DNA from: Kondoa subrosea
Taxonomy: Eukaryota
Length of the DNA: 64,000 bases
Assembly: GCA_039545335.1 (NCBI GenBank)
Contig: BCIN01000005.1
Location: 310,001-374,000 of the forward strand
Direction: 5' to 3'
Shown here in pieces: positions 37,968 to 51,379 of this stretch. Numbering within the stretch: position 1 is the first letter of the stretch; each line of letters opens with the position of its first letter. The notes below the pieces were generated by a model. It saw nothing but the letters and a program-made list of their open reading frames with translations. It made no database searches and had not been told where the DNA came from. A program made the position numbers and the translations under genes.

Positions 37968-39858
37968 TTATTCCTCTTCAGAACCCTCGAGATCGTCCGT
38001 TCCTCCCATCTCAGTATCTTGCTCTGTATTTCGCTCTTGCTCCGCGTACTGTTACCATTGAACGATCAGTGATCTGATAGTGGATAACGTGTCTGACGGG
38101 ATTTGTCTTTTACCTTTTCATGTACCCTCAGATGTCGCCGAAGATTGGAATTCACCGAGAAAGCTCTGCCGCAAAGATGGCATGGGAAAGGTTTTTCACC
38201 TAAAAAGAAAAGGCGCCGAAACATCAGCCAATGTACCTAGCATATAGATAAGGAATAAGGTACCACTATGCGAATGCATGTGAATGCGTAGACTTGATGG
38301 TCGATTGAACCTCTTGTTGCAGAACTCGCATAAGTACTTGCCATTAACAGAGGACTGGCTCTGTTTCTGGAATGGGTTAATAGGCGCTGGTCGGAAGCCA
38401 GCTGGAATCGGTTGTGTTGTTGAAGTAGAAGCCACCTGTCCTTCTGGCATACTTGCTAATTGCTGAGCTGCAGCAAAATCTCGAGCTGGACCAGAATAAG
38501 AGGAAGCGGAAGTAATAGGTGGTCTATACTCGACGAAACTTTGAGGTTGCTGTTGAGCTTGATAGCTAAGCGAAGGTCCCGGTTGCTGGAAAAGACCTGT
38601 ACTAGTGCCTTGACCATATCCCGGTAGACCACTTTGATCGTCTCCTGAAAATCTTCTGCCAGAACTTGCATGAGAGGAAGCAGTAGAAGGTCGACGTGAA
38701 GAGGGCATTCCAGTCGCATCAAAGAAAGCGGAGTTCAGAGAAGGATTTGGAGAGCGATCTACCATGTAAGCGAATTCGGAAGGCGATTCTGGTCTTAGGC
38801 TTGAAATATCGCTATCGGTATAGCCCATTTTCGAGGTAGATCGATCGCTTGCAGTCATGGGTCTTCTATATCCACCGCTTCCTGGATTGTACTCAAAAAG
38901 AGAAGAAGGATTCGAGCTGATACTTGATCGAGGGTGTTCGAAGCTGAAACTTGTTCTGATCGAGCTTGCGTCAGATGATCTGGTACTCGGTGCATAGAGA
39001 GAGGATTCTGAAGTAACGCGTTCTCTGTATCGCTCGCCTTCCCGCTCCGAAGGAGGAGGAGGAGGCAAACGGCTTGGTAAAGTGTAAGACTTTTCTACTG
39101 AGAAACGACTGAAAGGCTTGATATCCATCTCGGCATCCATATCTTGAGCATAGAGAGAGTCTAGAGAGGATTGATGCGGAGTCGAATGACCAAGTGAGCT
39201 TGAAGAAGGCAAAGGGGAATAAGGTATTTGACCAAAATGATACGCTGCGCGTTGAAGAGGCTAATAGATACCGATCAGAAAGGGTCTTATACTGAACCTT
39301 TGTGAAAAAGACTCACTTCATTCGCACTTTGAGGCGGGATCGCGGACCGAGGAGTTTGCTGATTTGCCAAAGTCATAAGAGAAGGCCCTTCTGGTATGTC
39401 TCGAAAGCCAGTCTGAATACTAGGCGGTTTTCTGCCGATACGAGAAGATTTTGATTTGAGGGAGCTGATTCTTGGCGGAGCCATAGGTGGATCGTCACCG
39501 AGTCTGCGCGATGAAGAAGAACTTGCTCCTGAAGAATTTGTTACAAGGCTACCCGCATACTCGTATCCTCTGCGTTCCAGTGAACCAGAAGAGCGAATTG
39601 ATGAGGCTCTCGAGCTTGAATCACTGCCCAGCGCGAAGGCAGCTAAATCTCCACCGCCTTGATTTGCATTTGGCAGTGAAAGATTTGCAGGAGAGGACAG
39701 TGGAGACACAAAGTTGAAACTCGAAGGCAGACTGCTTAGCGAGTCTACACAGATTCAAAGGAACTCATCAGCAAACTTCAACTGGACTCGAAGCATGACC
39801 AACCTTGGCTAAAGAGTTCCGTTAAGGAAGGGAGTTTGGAGCGTCTCTTGTCAGACAT
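37968..39858 (-). CDS. C2H2 zinc-finger transcription factor (two C-terminal fingers)
   Basis: Inferred first exon [70 protein letters not shown]-rich linker. Confidence 0.88.
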
Positions 39859-40403
39859 GCTTGTTGCTGTGCGGTAATGAGAATGTTGACAGAGAAAGGC
39901 CAAATATAGGAAGTTTGTGTGATGAAAGCTAAGTCGTGTATGGCAGCTGTGTTTTGGACAAGAGCAAGAGCAGAAGGAATATCTTGAGCTCCTCTGTAAT
40001 AATGGAAGCAGCTAGCGTGCTTTGTAACCGGCGAAAGTCTTCTGATTGACTCCCTGAAGCATGTGTTCTTTCTGGGCGGATTTCGAGCTTCCAAATCCTT
40101 CTGCTGATCGGTTTCGAAACGGTGTACTGACTTATGCCAGTGATGCAGAAAAAAGAGGGCAAAGGGAACAGTGGAGCACTAATTGCAGTAAATGTCACCA
40201 GTCTCGACCGTCGAGGAACCCTTTTTGGTTTGTCTTTGAGCGGGATTGACACCGCTGTGTTCGGGCGCCGTTTTCAGGCTAGCAAAGCTCTTATAGTTTG
40301 CAATGACACAATAGCTCTATGTACATGATGCAGCAGAAAATGCAGTAGATGTGGAATGAATGCTAAGGAATGCTAAGGAATGGAGACCCGTATTACTGGG
40401 TTA

Positions 40404-42410
40404 TCACTGTTTCTGAGCGAGAAGTATCGAGCGGTGAAGCTCAGATAGCATCACATCACTCCAGAGGACTGTTGCAGGCATGCCAGGGTCTCCATGTAGT
40501 CTGTTGGGGAAAATTTTAAGTTAGAAACTTTCGTCACATAAGCGGGCATTGAAAATCCTCACCGATCGACTGGAAGATCACGAACGCAAGCGATCAGCCC
40601 CGAACATCAATTTCATACAACAATGACATACCTTGATGGGCTTCATGGCCGAGCATCAACGTTCCCCAAGCTGTGCGAAAATAGAAATTTAGCTTTTGAT
40701 GCAGTGTTCAAAAGGGACAAAGAAACTCACGATTGAAACGGTAAGACTTGAGACTGGTTTCTTGCTGATTACGCGCTTCTGCAGTAGCAGTTGGGGGAAT
40801 GACTACGGATCTGGCAACTTGATCTAGCTGAAGAACGCGACTGGTAGCAAAATGGGCTGGAATTGCTTTTGCTTTGGGAGTGACACCAATTTGTTCCTGC
40901 TATAGGAGTGAGCATCAAAGCTCAGACAAGCTCAGAAGCACTTACCTTGAAGTATTGCAATTCTGCAGCTTGATCTTGAGGGAAATGAATAGATCGCCAC
41001 ATTTTGCCTTTTGCTTGAGGGAAACTTCGACGAACGCTCTTCAAGACTTGTTCCATTCGAGCTCTATACCAATTCATTCTTTCTTGATCAACTGGATCTG
41101 TTGTGCTTCGTCCAATGCCAACATCTTCTTCAGCCCATTTCATCAAGTCGTAAGCGCCTGAAGAAACTTCAACAAAGTCTGGCGCGTTGGGTCGACCAGA
41201 TGCAACAAGAGAGCGAACAAAAGGCATGACATGTTGCTTCAGACGGTCTTCAAATAGTCCAGGGCCGCTATATGATTTGCTCTTGCGCCAGAAATCGTCT
41301 TCATCTAAGCCATAGTGGAAGACACTGACAAGCTAATCACCAACACGAATCAGCCAGCACCTTGATTAAAAGACTTGAACACTCACCAAGAAGTCGACCT
41401 CTGGAATATAGCAAGCTCTTGGCATTGTAGCTTCTTTAGCATCATGGCCTGTCATACGAACAGGAACACTCTTCTTTCTTCTCGTGCCAGCAGGTGCCCA
41501 ATCTTTCACATCCCTCACGATCTCTGCTTCCCGACCCATCAATTGACAGAATTGTTCCACATGTTCTCGATCAATCGTATCGCCAATAGTCAAGACCGTC
41601 TTGTTCCTCAACCATTCTAAATCGTTCAGATCTCCATTTCGAAGTTGGGAAAGGAAATGAGGAGGTGAGCAAGATTTGTCAAAAGGTTGCCAGCGTGTTC
41701 CATCGGGATTGACATGATCCACTTTGAGCGCACCGAAAGCGGAGTAAGGATCGCAAGCGACATAATGAGGAAGGTTGTGTTGAGCGATGATCTTATTCAA
41801 TGCGCCGAATCTGTTTGTTTAATGAGCTTGTACACTTTCGGCTTAAATCACCAAAGAAAAAACTGACTCTGGAATGGTTACGGGAGAATCTTTGAAGTAG
41901 TACAGAAGACCGGCCACAAAGGTGAAGAACGTGAGAAAGGAAATGAGCAGTCTTGATCTTCTTTTGTGCAAAAGACAACGTGGAAATATTAGCCTAATTT
42001 CCCGCAACGTGAGTAAACCAGACTGACCTTCTCTCGGTTCTATCTTGCCAGGCGTAGTCTATACTACTTGATCGTTCCCTCCACATGGGTTGTTGTGAGA
42101 TTGGCGGTGTCAAACTCATGCTTCCCATCTTGCGAAAGTAACCCATCTTTTGTGTAAAGGAAGGGTAGGCTTCTTCAGGGCTTGGAGGTGCCTTTGTGGA
42201 ATATCTGCTTGGAGAAGGACGCTCCACAGGTGACCCACCATTACTACGGGTCGATTGCTGAGATTGGTTCTGCTGAAGGAAAGCAGGATTGGTGAAAGAG
42301 AAAGCAGAAGCATGACCACGAATAGCAAAAGGATCTGCCGGTGCCGTGAATGAAGGCTGAGAGCTATGCGTAGCAGAGTAGGACACTGAACGTCTCTTGA
42401 TGTTACTCAT
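40404..42410 (-). CDS. CAP64/CAS3-like SGNH/PC-esterase-fold glycan-modifying protein
   Basis: WLRNKTVLTIGDTIDREHVEQFC, RACYIPEVDF, VFHYGLD, PDFVEVSSGAYDL, WGTLMLGH and a spliced DxxH (VDRLH); family assignment from memory. Confidence 0.65.
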
Positions 42411-42777
42411 GACTTTGATGTACTTTGAAATTTGAGGAAAGGGATGACAAAGAAAACTAGACAGGTAATGAACCTCCAAGGGACCAGCAGGCAAGAAGGC
42501 AAGTCGGGACAATTACAGCGCAACAAGGTACGAATCAGGCAACAGGCGGGACAATCTTTGCCAAATGCGTCCAAAAGCGAGGAATGGCTGAATCAGCATC
42601 CAATTTAATCAGGACTTTTGGTGATTGTCTCAGACTCTACTGAGTGATACGAGTCTAGCAGCAGTAGATTCCGAAGGGCGAGCCGCGTCGAGAAGCGTGA
42701 ATGAATATTTTTCACATGATCACTGGTGCTTGACAAGCAGCGAGCAATCTCACAATACCACTTAGCATAGCCTGAGG

Positions 42778-44590
42778 ATGAGCCGAAAGATGCTCGATGC
42801 GTATACCCCTAGTCTCATCAAGCTTAAGCCTGGCTTCCTATTGGCAGCAACAGCTTCGACTGGACCTTTGATGTTACAAAGTGCTTGTGATGTCTATTGG
42901 TCAGGAGTACACGGCTAAGAGCTGCTTCGATAGATACCCTGTCATTAGATCGACTGCACATTGCCTTGATTCAAATTCTTCTCCTCTTTCTTGCAAATCT
43001 GTTCGCGAAAGTTTGGGCTGGGTCACCAGCCATTGAAGCTTCTCCTTCGTCTGTCTCAGCATCCTCCTCTTCCGTTAGAGCAGTTCCTCCGAAACCAATA
43101 GTAGTGGATCGACCTGTACCTGTGCCGATTCCTGGACCAAGTGTGACAAAGGAGATCGTCATAAGTAAGTGCTTGTTCGGACCTGTCCTCCGTATATTGA
43201 TGGACTTTTGTAGAACCAAACAAGTCTATCAAAACAACTATCGTCAGGCAAGAGCATCCAAGCTATTCTGACAAGTTCTTGGACGGAGTCTTGCATCGCT
43301 TTCTAACGTTCGCCGACCCCGGTGCACTTTCTGTACTACCTTCAGTGGAGAACGAATTACCAGAAACAGATCGTATAGCAATATCTGATTGGATTCGCTT
43401 ATTTGAAAACGATATTCTTACCGTCAGCTCCCATCCAACTCTTAATGGCTTATATTCCATCACTACTATCTTCCCATCTCTTTCTCTTCGATCTTTATGG
43501 GAATTGATGCTGTCGATCGAATCAAGAACGGACTGGGATAATAGTTGCGAGCAGACTCAGCACTTGGAAGATATTGGACCGCTTTGTTCAAACAGTGCTT
43601 CGGTTTCAGCCAGACAAGCTTCAGTCAGCTATTTAGGTTGGTGATACTTCTTTGAGTCAGCTTGCACGATCTTGATGTGTTTGAACAGCCCTCAAATCCA
43701 TGTTTCCGATCAAACCCAGAGACATGGTCCTTCTTTCCGTTCTCGCTCGACTGGAACCTGTTGAAATAAATGGCAAATTGTGTCAAAGACTCGTTTCAGC
43801 TACCACAAGCGTGGATCACCCTTTGAAACCTGCTCAATCGGGTTATCAACGGATGATGATTTCCAATTCTGGATTTCTGGCAGAAGAGTTGCCTGAAGGT
43901 GGATGTAGATTGATGCAGGTATCTGACCTATCAGGTTTAGGTAGCTGGAGTGAGTTCTACTTCATTGTTGAACATGTAGAAATGTTGATCTGGACATTGA
44001 ATAGTTCCACAAAAGATCCTGAACACTATTACTCAGAAAGTCTTACCCAAGTCATTGGTAGAGCTAGGTATCGCTGCGGAGAAGATGACTTATTCGCCCG
44101 AAAGACAAGCATTGAAGGGCGATAAGTGGTATCCTCCGCTGTTAACAAACATTTACACTTCAATATCAGTAAATGATGAACTAGAAGACTCATCTTCATC
44201 TTCTGGTTCAGACGTAGACGAACCAGAAGGAGAAAAGAGAACAGCAGCGGAAGATCGAGCGGTAGCTTTATTGGAAGAACAATTACGAACAACAAATCAA
44301 CGATTAGCTCAATTAGAGAAGGAGAAATCTACTACGACCAATGCTGCTCTTTCGGCGGTAGCTTTGCAATCTAAGAACAAGAGATGGTTCAGCTGGTTAT
44401 GGCCAACTCAGAACAAAGCGAAACAAGATCCTGGTTTAGTGTTACGAACAACTTTCGCCAGTGCTATCGGAGGTGCCACTGGCGCAGCTGCAGGTGAGAG
44501 CTTTCTCAATGTTTTTTCAAAGATAAGCCTTGATTCGCTTTATAGTAATTGCTTTCGCCATCGTTTGGGCTCGAAGACGCTTGTAGATTA
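42778..44590 (+). CDS. START/SRPBCC lipid-binding domain membrane protein
   Basis: RTDWDNSCE, MFPIKPRDMVLLS, VSATTSVDHP, LMQVSDLSGLGSWVP; hydrophobic segments at both ends; start approximate. Confidence 0.78.
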
Positions 44591-45080
44591 AATTTACGCA
44601 ACTCGTTATTGTAGATGTGCATTGTAGACTGTACGATAGCTGTTTGCTTAATGCCAAGAATAAACTCGCCCATACCGGCAGAGACAATCGTACTCTTCGC
44701 CCAAAGTTTATAGCGGGACCAGCCTTATCGAGAGAAGACCAACCCAAAAAAATACAAGATGGCTATAGATCAAGCGCCTACTAAGAAGGAACATGGAGGC
44801 ATCTTTGATGATCTGAAGCGTACTTTCTCGCCCAACCGAGTCGGAGGGCGATCTTCAGGTTCAAGAGAAAGAGGTCCTGCTGATAAAGAGGGTTAGTTGG
44901 ACTGCTTCCCGCTCTGATTCCTGTCTATGTTCTCTGTGTGTGCTATGGATGCTATGCTGTCTACATGGACTGCAGCCCGACGGCTGTCTGTCCTTATCTT
45001 CTCAACATTAAATGTCGCAAGATTTCCAAAAGCTTATCACTCAGTCTGTATGCTTTGTAGAGCAAAGAGGTCGTCAACCT

Positions 45081-45567
45081 ATGGTCTCTACCGGTCGAGG
45101 TGGTGCTGGGAACTTGCAGAAAACGGTAAAGCTCTGTCCTGTTGCCAATAGTCTAATGAGTCACTGAACTTCGTTACGTTGTGTGATCACAATAGAATGC
45201 CGATGGTGATCGAGAAGACTCAGATGAAGAACGTAGAGCTGTATCTATCGAACGCTCTCGAAGCAAGAGTCGTCAGCGTGGTACATCTCACGTCAGAACT
45301 GGTCGTGGAGGTATTGCTTGTCATGGACACTCGGATCGGCACTTTGACTCAGCATGCATGTACAGGCAATGGAAATATTGGCGATGTGCCAATGGAAACT
45401 GAAGAAGAACGAGCTCGGAACAAGCAGTTTGAAGCTAGCGTAGATGCAAAGTATACCGCTGCTGAAGCAAATGCCGTGCATTCTGGTGGAAGAGGAGGTG
45501 CGTAGTCAAGATTAGGTCACACATTCAAATACTTAAGATCGTGTCAGGCGCTGGCAATATTCGCTAA
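45081..45567 (+). CDS. Small DUF3602-like protein with (T/G)GRGG(A/I)GN repeats
   Basis: Four exons give MVSTGRGGAGN...RTGRGGIGNI...SGGRGGAGNIR*. Confidence 0.8.
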
Positions 45568-46142
45568 GCTTCATGCATGAGCAGACGAAGGATGGTTGAT
45601 ATATCAAAGGGTTTTGTTAGCTAGTAATGTGTCTGTGCTGTTCGGATTGATGATATAGAGCTCTTGTCGTATTCCCTGATCGTAACTTTACTCCTATTCC
45701 GTAATGCACCCCTCTTTGCGCAAGACACAAATCGCTAACCGACTCTTCCGAAACTCGATCTTCATCACTTCTCTCTGCAAGAACGAGTGATACCTGTCCG
45801 GCCCTGTTCACGGGACACACACAGAGCCGACACTCCCTTGATGCGAGCATAATCGACGGTCTTTGCCCAGAAAGCGTTTAGACCGAACCTCGACCCTCGA
45901 ATCTCAATCTACCTACTTTCGACAAACGACTTCCCCTCGCGTGCTGGCGAGGCATTGCACCACACTGTGTTCAGGCCGTCTACTCAAAGCCTGACATACA
46001 AAAGCAAGACACAGTATTCTAACGCTCTTGCCATTTCGTAGCAAACAAAGGCAAACCTGCGCATAGCAAATCGGAGCTCTGGCCGTGCAAGCATAGCAGC
46101 ATCTCTCAAACAAGATTTTAGTCTCTGTATACCTATAGCAAC

Positions 46143-49100
46143 ATGTCTGGATCTCCTCAAACGCCGGCGAATGATGTGGATCGTCAATTGCCCGATGGCC
46201 TCCCTTTGCAAAGTCCTGCTCTGTCTACCGCTAGCTACAAATCATTCGATTCATACAACGACACATCCACAAGTAGCTCTCAACGCGTTTATCCTATACG
46301 AAGTGTAATCGGTGCTGGCCGATCTGGTGGCCAACCTCCAGCTTCTAACAGCAGCGACGGTCGACGCAATTCTTCATCACCCACAACCACGTTTGGTTCC
46401 TTTTCTGACTTCCCCGGAGGTACTCGACCGCCTCATCATCGAAGCGAATCCATGGCTTCCATTACCGCTACTACTTCTACCTCTGATCCAGGTAGACATC
46501 AAGGTTCTTCTCGACAAGCTACAGCAAGTCAGTCGCCTAGTCGCGCTTCTTCGGAACAGAGGTCATCCCTTTCAAACACTGGTGGATCCTCCTCACCTCG
46601 ACCCGGAATTTCACCAACTCAATCTCAACAATCTGAAAACTCAAAGACCACAACTCACGATACTACACCTACCCCTAGCGAATCTCATAAGGCACCTTTA
46701 TCGAATGGCCCACCACCTGGTGATTTGGATGAACCTGCTGAATCCGATATCATCGAACGAACCCGAAAATTACGGAGAACAGCTCAAAGGGAATTAGCGG
46801 ATGCAGATTCAAAAGCGTCAACTGCTTCATTTGCTTCTCAGCAAGAACAACTCATGACTGCTAGATTCGAACATACTCCTACTCCTGATGGTCATATGAT
46901 TATTGTTGGACGAGAAGGAGAACTCAAGTCTTGCGAAGAGGAGGTAAATTTCTTTTGATGCGCCTTGAATTTATGGTTGGAGCTCAATCTGATTGACTTT
47001 TCACTTTTAGCCAATTCATATACCTGGAGCGGTTCAAGCTTGGGGCGTTTTGATCGCTGTTGAAATGGTCGACGGTCGATTCCCAGTGAAGCAGGTTTCA
47101 GAGGTGAGTGTCCTTACATCTGCTATACATAACGATAGCTGATCAGTTTCGGCAGAACTCTGGTCATCTGCTAGGATTACCGCCAAGCTACCTTTTCCAT
47201 CAAGAATGCTTTACAGATATCCTTACTCCCGAAGAAGCTGATCTTTTCCGTGATGCAATTGACGCTGCGCAAGAAGAAGAGCTCTTGAAAGAGAGTGGAC
47301 CGCATCACTTTGATCTATCGGGAGAAGGTGTTCCAGGCAGTGGATTGGAAGGTCGCGATAGTATCATGGAGTGGTCGTGTTGGTGTGTGGTACATCGTCC
47401 ATCACCAGTCACAAGACCAGAACTTTACTTGGTCGAATTCGAACTTCAAGATGATCAACTCAATCCACCTTATACCGAATTGCAGGAGTTACCAAATGAA
47501 GATGAGCGAACAGGTCTGGCTGGTGAACCGTATGCGCCAACAGCAGAGGATCTTTTCGAATCTACCGTTTCCTCTGCCAAACCTTTACGAACAATGACTA
47601 GCGCTCGACGACCTGGGCCAAGAAGAAAAAGAAATATGAATGTCTTCCAGATGTTGAACCACGTCACAGATCAATTGGCTAAAGCTGACAGTCTACATGC
47701 ATGTTTGAAGATGTGTGTTTCGGTCATCAAAGATTTAACTGGATACGATCGAGTTATGATTTACCAAGTTAGTCCTGTGCATTTTGTCCTGCTACGTTCC
47801 TGAGGCTGATGATCATACTTGTGTAGTTCGATGAATCATGGAACGGTCAAGTCGTTGCTGAATTGGTCGACTGGTCAAGAACACGGGATCTCTACCGGGG
47901 TCTTCATTTCCCATCTACTGATATTCCAGCTCAAGCAAGAGAACTATACAAGATCAACAGAGTACGGCTACTGTATGATCGTGATCAGCCTACCGCCCGA
48001 ATGGTTTGCATCGACCGGAAAGAACTCGATACCCCACTCGACATGTCTTACACTACTTTACGAGCCATGAGTCCTATACATATCAAGTACCTCGCCAACA
48101 TGGGTGTTCGTGCTTCGGGATCTATATCTATCACCGCCTTCGGAACTCTGTGGGGTTTGATTTCATGCCATACATATGGTCGGTATGGTATGAGAGTACC
48201 GAGTCCAATTCGCCAGCTCTGCCGAATCTTGGGCGAATCCATTTCGCGGAACATTGAGCGATTGACATACGCGGAACGACTTCACTCTCGCAAAATGCTC
48301 AACTCGATGCCAAGCGACAAAAATCCTAACGGTTATCTCATTGCAAATGCGTCAGACTTATTATCGCTCTTCGATGCTGAATTTGGTATCCTCTCTATCG
48401 GCGACGAGTCAAAACTCATTGGTACTCTCGACAATACTCAAGAAGCTTTGGCTGTTGTTCATTACCTTCGTGACTGCAGATTTGAGTAGGTTGCTTTGAA
48501 TATGGCTGCTGTCGAGCTTGCTAAAGCGCATTTATAGGAACATCCAAGTGTCACAAGATATTACACAAGATTACCCGGATCTCAATTACCCTGGCGGCTT
48601 CAAATCGATAGCTGGCTTGCTTTCTGTGCCCTTGTCCGATTCTGGCAAAGACTTCATCGCCTTGTTCAGACGTGGTCAAACCAGACATGTGCACTGGGTA
48701 TGTGTTTTATGTTCTGCCGCAGACTTCCGTAAATGAACAATTTGAAATTGTAGGCTGGAAATCCTTACGATAAGATTTTGAAAGAACATGCTTCTGGAGC
48801 GTCAGACCTTGAACCTCGTACTTCTTTCAAAATGTGGTCCGAAGCTATTGTCGGCAAGGCAAAAGCTTGGACTGACGATCAGCAAGAGACCGCCTCGGTG
48901 CTATGTCTTGTATATGGAAAATTTATCGAGGTCTGGCGCCAGAAAGAAACTGCTTTAAAGACAAGTCGCTTGACCAATCTCCTGCTGTCTAACGCGAGTC
49001 ATGAAGGTATGTCTGCTCACTTCTAGTTTCGGAATGGCACTTACATAAGAATCAGTTCGAACACCCTTGAATGCTATAGTCAACTATCTAGTGCGTCGGT

Positions 49101-51102
49101 TCTGAACTTACAATGCAACTCGTTCTGAATTGGTTCTGCAGGAATTGGCTCTAGATGGCTCGCTTGACGGCGATACGCGAGAAGCTCTCACCAAGAGTTA
49201 CGTCGCTTCTAAATCTCTTGTTCATGTCATCAACGACTTGCTGGTATGAATTGTTTGCTAGTATTTATTAAATATCTGACTAATAGACTTGGTAGGATCT
49301 TACACGGATAGAGCAAGGCAAATCATTGTTCATTGAAGATCCTTTGGAATTGTCATCTGCTATAGAAGAAGCATCTGCAATTCACAAAGCCGAAGCCGAT
49401 CGCAAGGGTGTCGAATTTGTCATTCAGGCGGATGATCCTGAAGGCCGACACTTAGTGATGGGCGATCGAGCACGTCTCATGCAAGTGCTAGGCAATCTCA
49501 TCAGCAATGCCGTCGAGCATACTCGCAGCGGTGTAGTGACTGTTCAATGGGGCCAAACCGCTGCAGGCAGCTTGGTTGTTGCCCCAGACGCGTTGGTCTA
49601 CCAGATTACTGTTAGAGATACTGGGTAAGTTCACATCGTCGTCGAATTGATCATTCGCTCAGTCCAAATTTAGTGATGGCATACCACCACATGCTCTCGA
49701 CGCTATCTTCCGCGATTTCGAAGAAGTTGCTTCAACTGACCAACCATTACCCGAAGAAGAAAACGTTCCGCAAAACACCCTCGGTCTTGGCTTGGCTGTG
49801 GTCGCCCGTATTACTCGCAATATGGGAGGCCAATTGCGAGCAGACTCTATACTGGGAGAAGGGTCTACCTTCTCTGTTATTCTGCCTTTCGCACGTGCTC
49901 CGACTCCGTTACCCTCGCCTGCAGTTTCTGCTGATACCAAGTCTATGGAACAAAACTCTATCAGCACAAGAAATAGCGATGAACATTCAAGGGCACTCAA
50001 GCGCTCCTCTTCTCTAGACAGTACTGATTCCAAAGGATCCTACGGCTCCAAAGTTTCGACTACCTCATCTGGCCGATCCGAAATCGATAGCTTGGTTGAT
50101 GCAATGACTTTTAGTGAAGCGCCCGGCATCACTAACTCTGGCAAAGTTCAACCTCCTTCCATCACTCGCCGCTCTTCTACCTTACACAGCAGCTCAAACG
50201 CCAATCGGATCAGAAATGATGGATCCGACGATGGACGGTCAATAAGTTCTCCGCGTCTTCCCTCGCGAACTCCTACTTCTCCAAAACCAAAGTCACCTCC
50301 AATTTCACCTCCTTCTTCCCCTAAGCAAAGCACATCTGCCGCAAAATCGCAAAGGAGAAGGCAATCGTCTGCAAATCAGACGACACCAACTATGAGCAGA
50401 AAAGATTCCGTTACGAAGGAGGAGCCAACTTCGTCTCGTGATAGTGGAACTGCTCCTGTTGCCGGTCCTTCTAAGACACCTTCACTTCGAGTACTCGTAG
50501 TCGAAGATGATCCCATAAATGTAAGACTTCCCCTTTGGCATTAAAACCGAGCTGAAACTGTTTATAGCGGGCCATCATTGGCAAGAAGCTACAAAAAGAA
50601 GGCCACACCGTGCAAATGACGGTTCACGGCGGTGAAGGCGTTCGCTACTTTGAAAAAGATCCAAAGATCGACCTTATATTGATGGACTTACAGTAAGTGT
50701 GCCTTTTGCCGTGCTCCACTCTTTATCTCAATCTTTCGTTTCACAGAATGCCTATCTGCGATGGTCGAACAGCAACGGAACGCATCCGACGAATCGAAGC
50801 TCAGGCCAGAGACGACCAACCCTTCACTCCTCCAGCACCTCGAGTGCCGATAGTGGCAGTATCTGCGTCGTTGCATGAAGATCACCGTCAAGGCATTATC
50901 AAATGCGGGATGGATGGATGGCTCTTGAAACCCTTGACATCGGATCGTCTGACAGCTATTCTTGCTGGTGTGAGGAGTAGCAGAGCACGCAAGCAGGAGT
51001 TGTATCAGTGAGTGTACTTGGGTTCCTCATGAGCAATGACTAATATGATTTTCCAGACCTGGCAAATTCCACCGAGGTGGTTGGTTTACCACGGAATTAT
51101 AA
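46143..51102 (+). CDS. Fungal phytochrome (PAS-GAF-PHY-HisKA-HATPase-REC), FphA/PHY1-like
   Basis: Chromophore Cys motif SCEEEPIHIPGAVQ, GYDRVMIYQFD, FPSTDIPAQARELY, LRAMSPIHIKYL, PRTSF tongue, HEVRTPLN, NLISNA, GLGLAVV, VLVVEDDPIN, ILMDLQMP. Confidence 0.96.
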
Positions 51103-51379
51103 GGCTTGTGGCACTTTCGTAGAATTGTAAGCATAGCTTGTAAATAGACTGTGGGCATTGGGACTTGTGCGAATAAGATACGCGGGCTGCATCACATCAT
51201 TATATTGACACAATGCATCTGTCGCCATTCACCGCCTCCGATAGATTCAGACTTCCTAAGTACAACACCAAGGCTTCGAGGCTTGCAATCTACGGAGGTT
51301 GAAATGAGTTCTTCCTAGACGGAACCGGACATTCAGGAACCTTTCTTTCGAAGGTATACAGCACACACTTACATACTAT

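Noticed and set aside
28792..51379. Mating-type locus or composite transposon inside the inverted repeats
   Set aside because: No homeodomain, pheromone, STE3 receptor, transposase or recombinase gene, and no target-site duplication seen.
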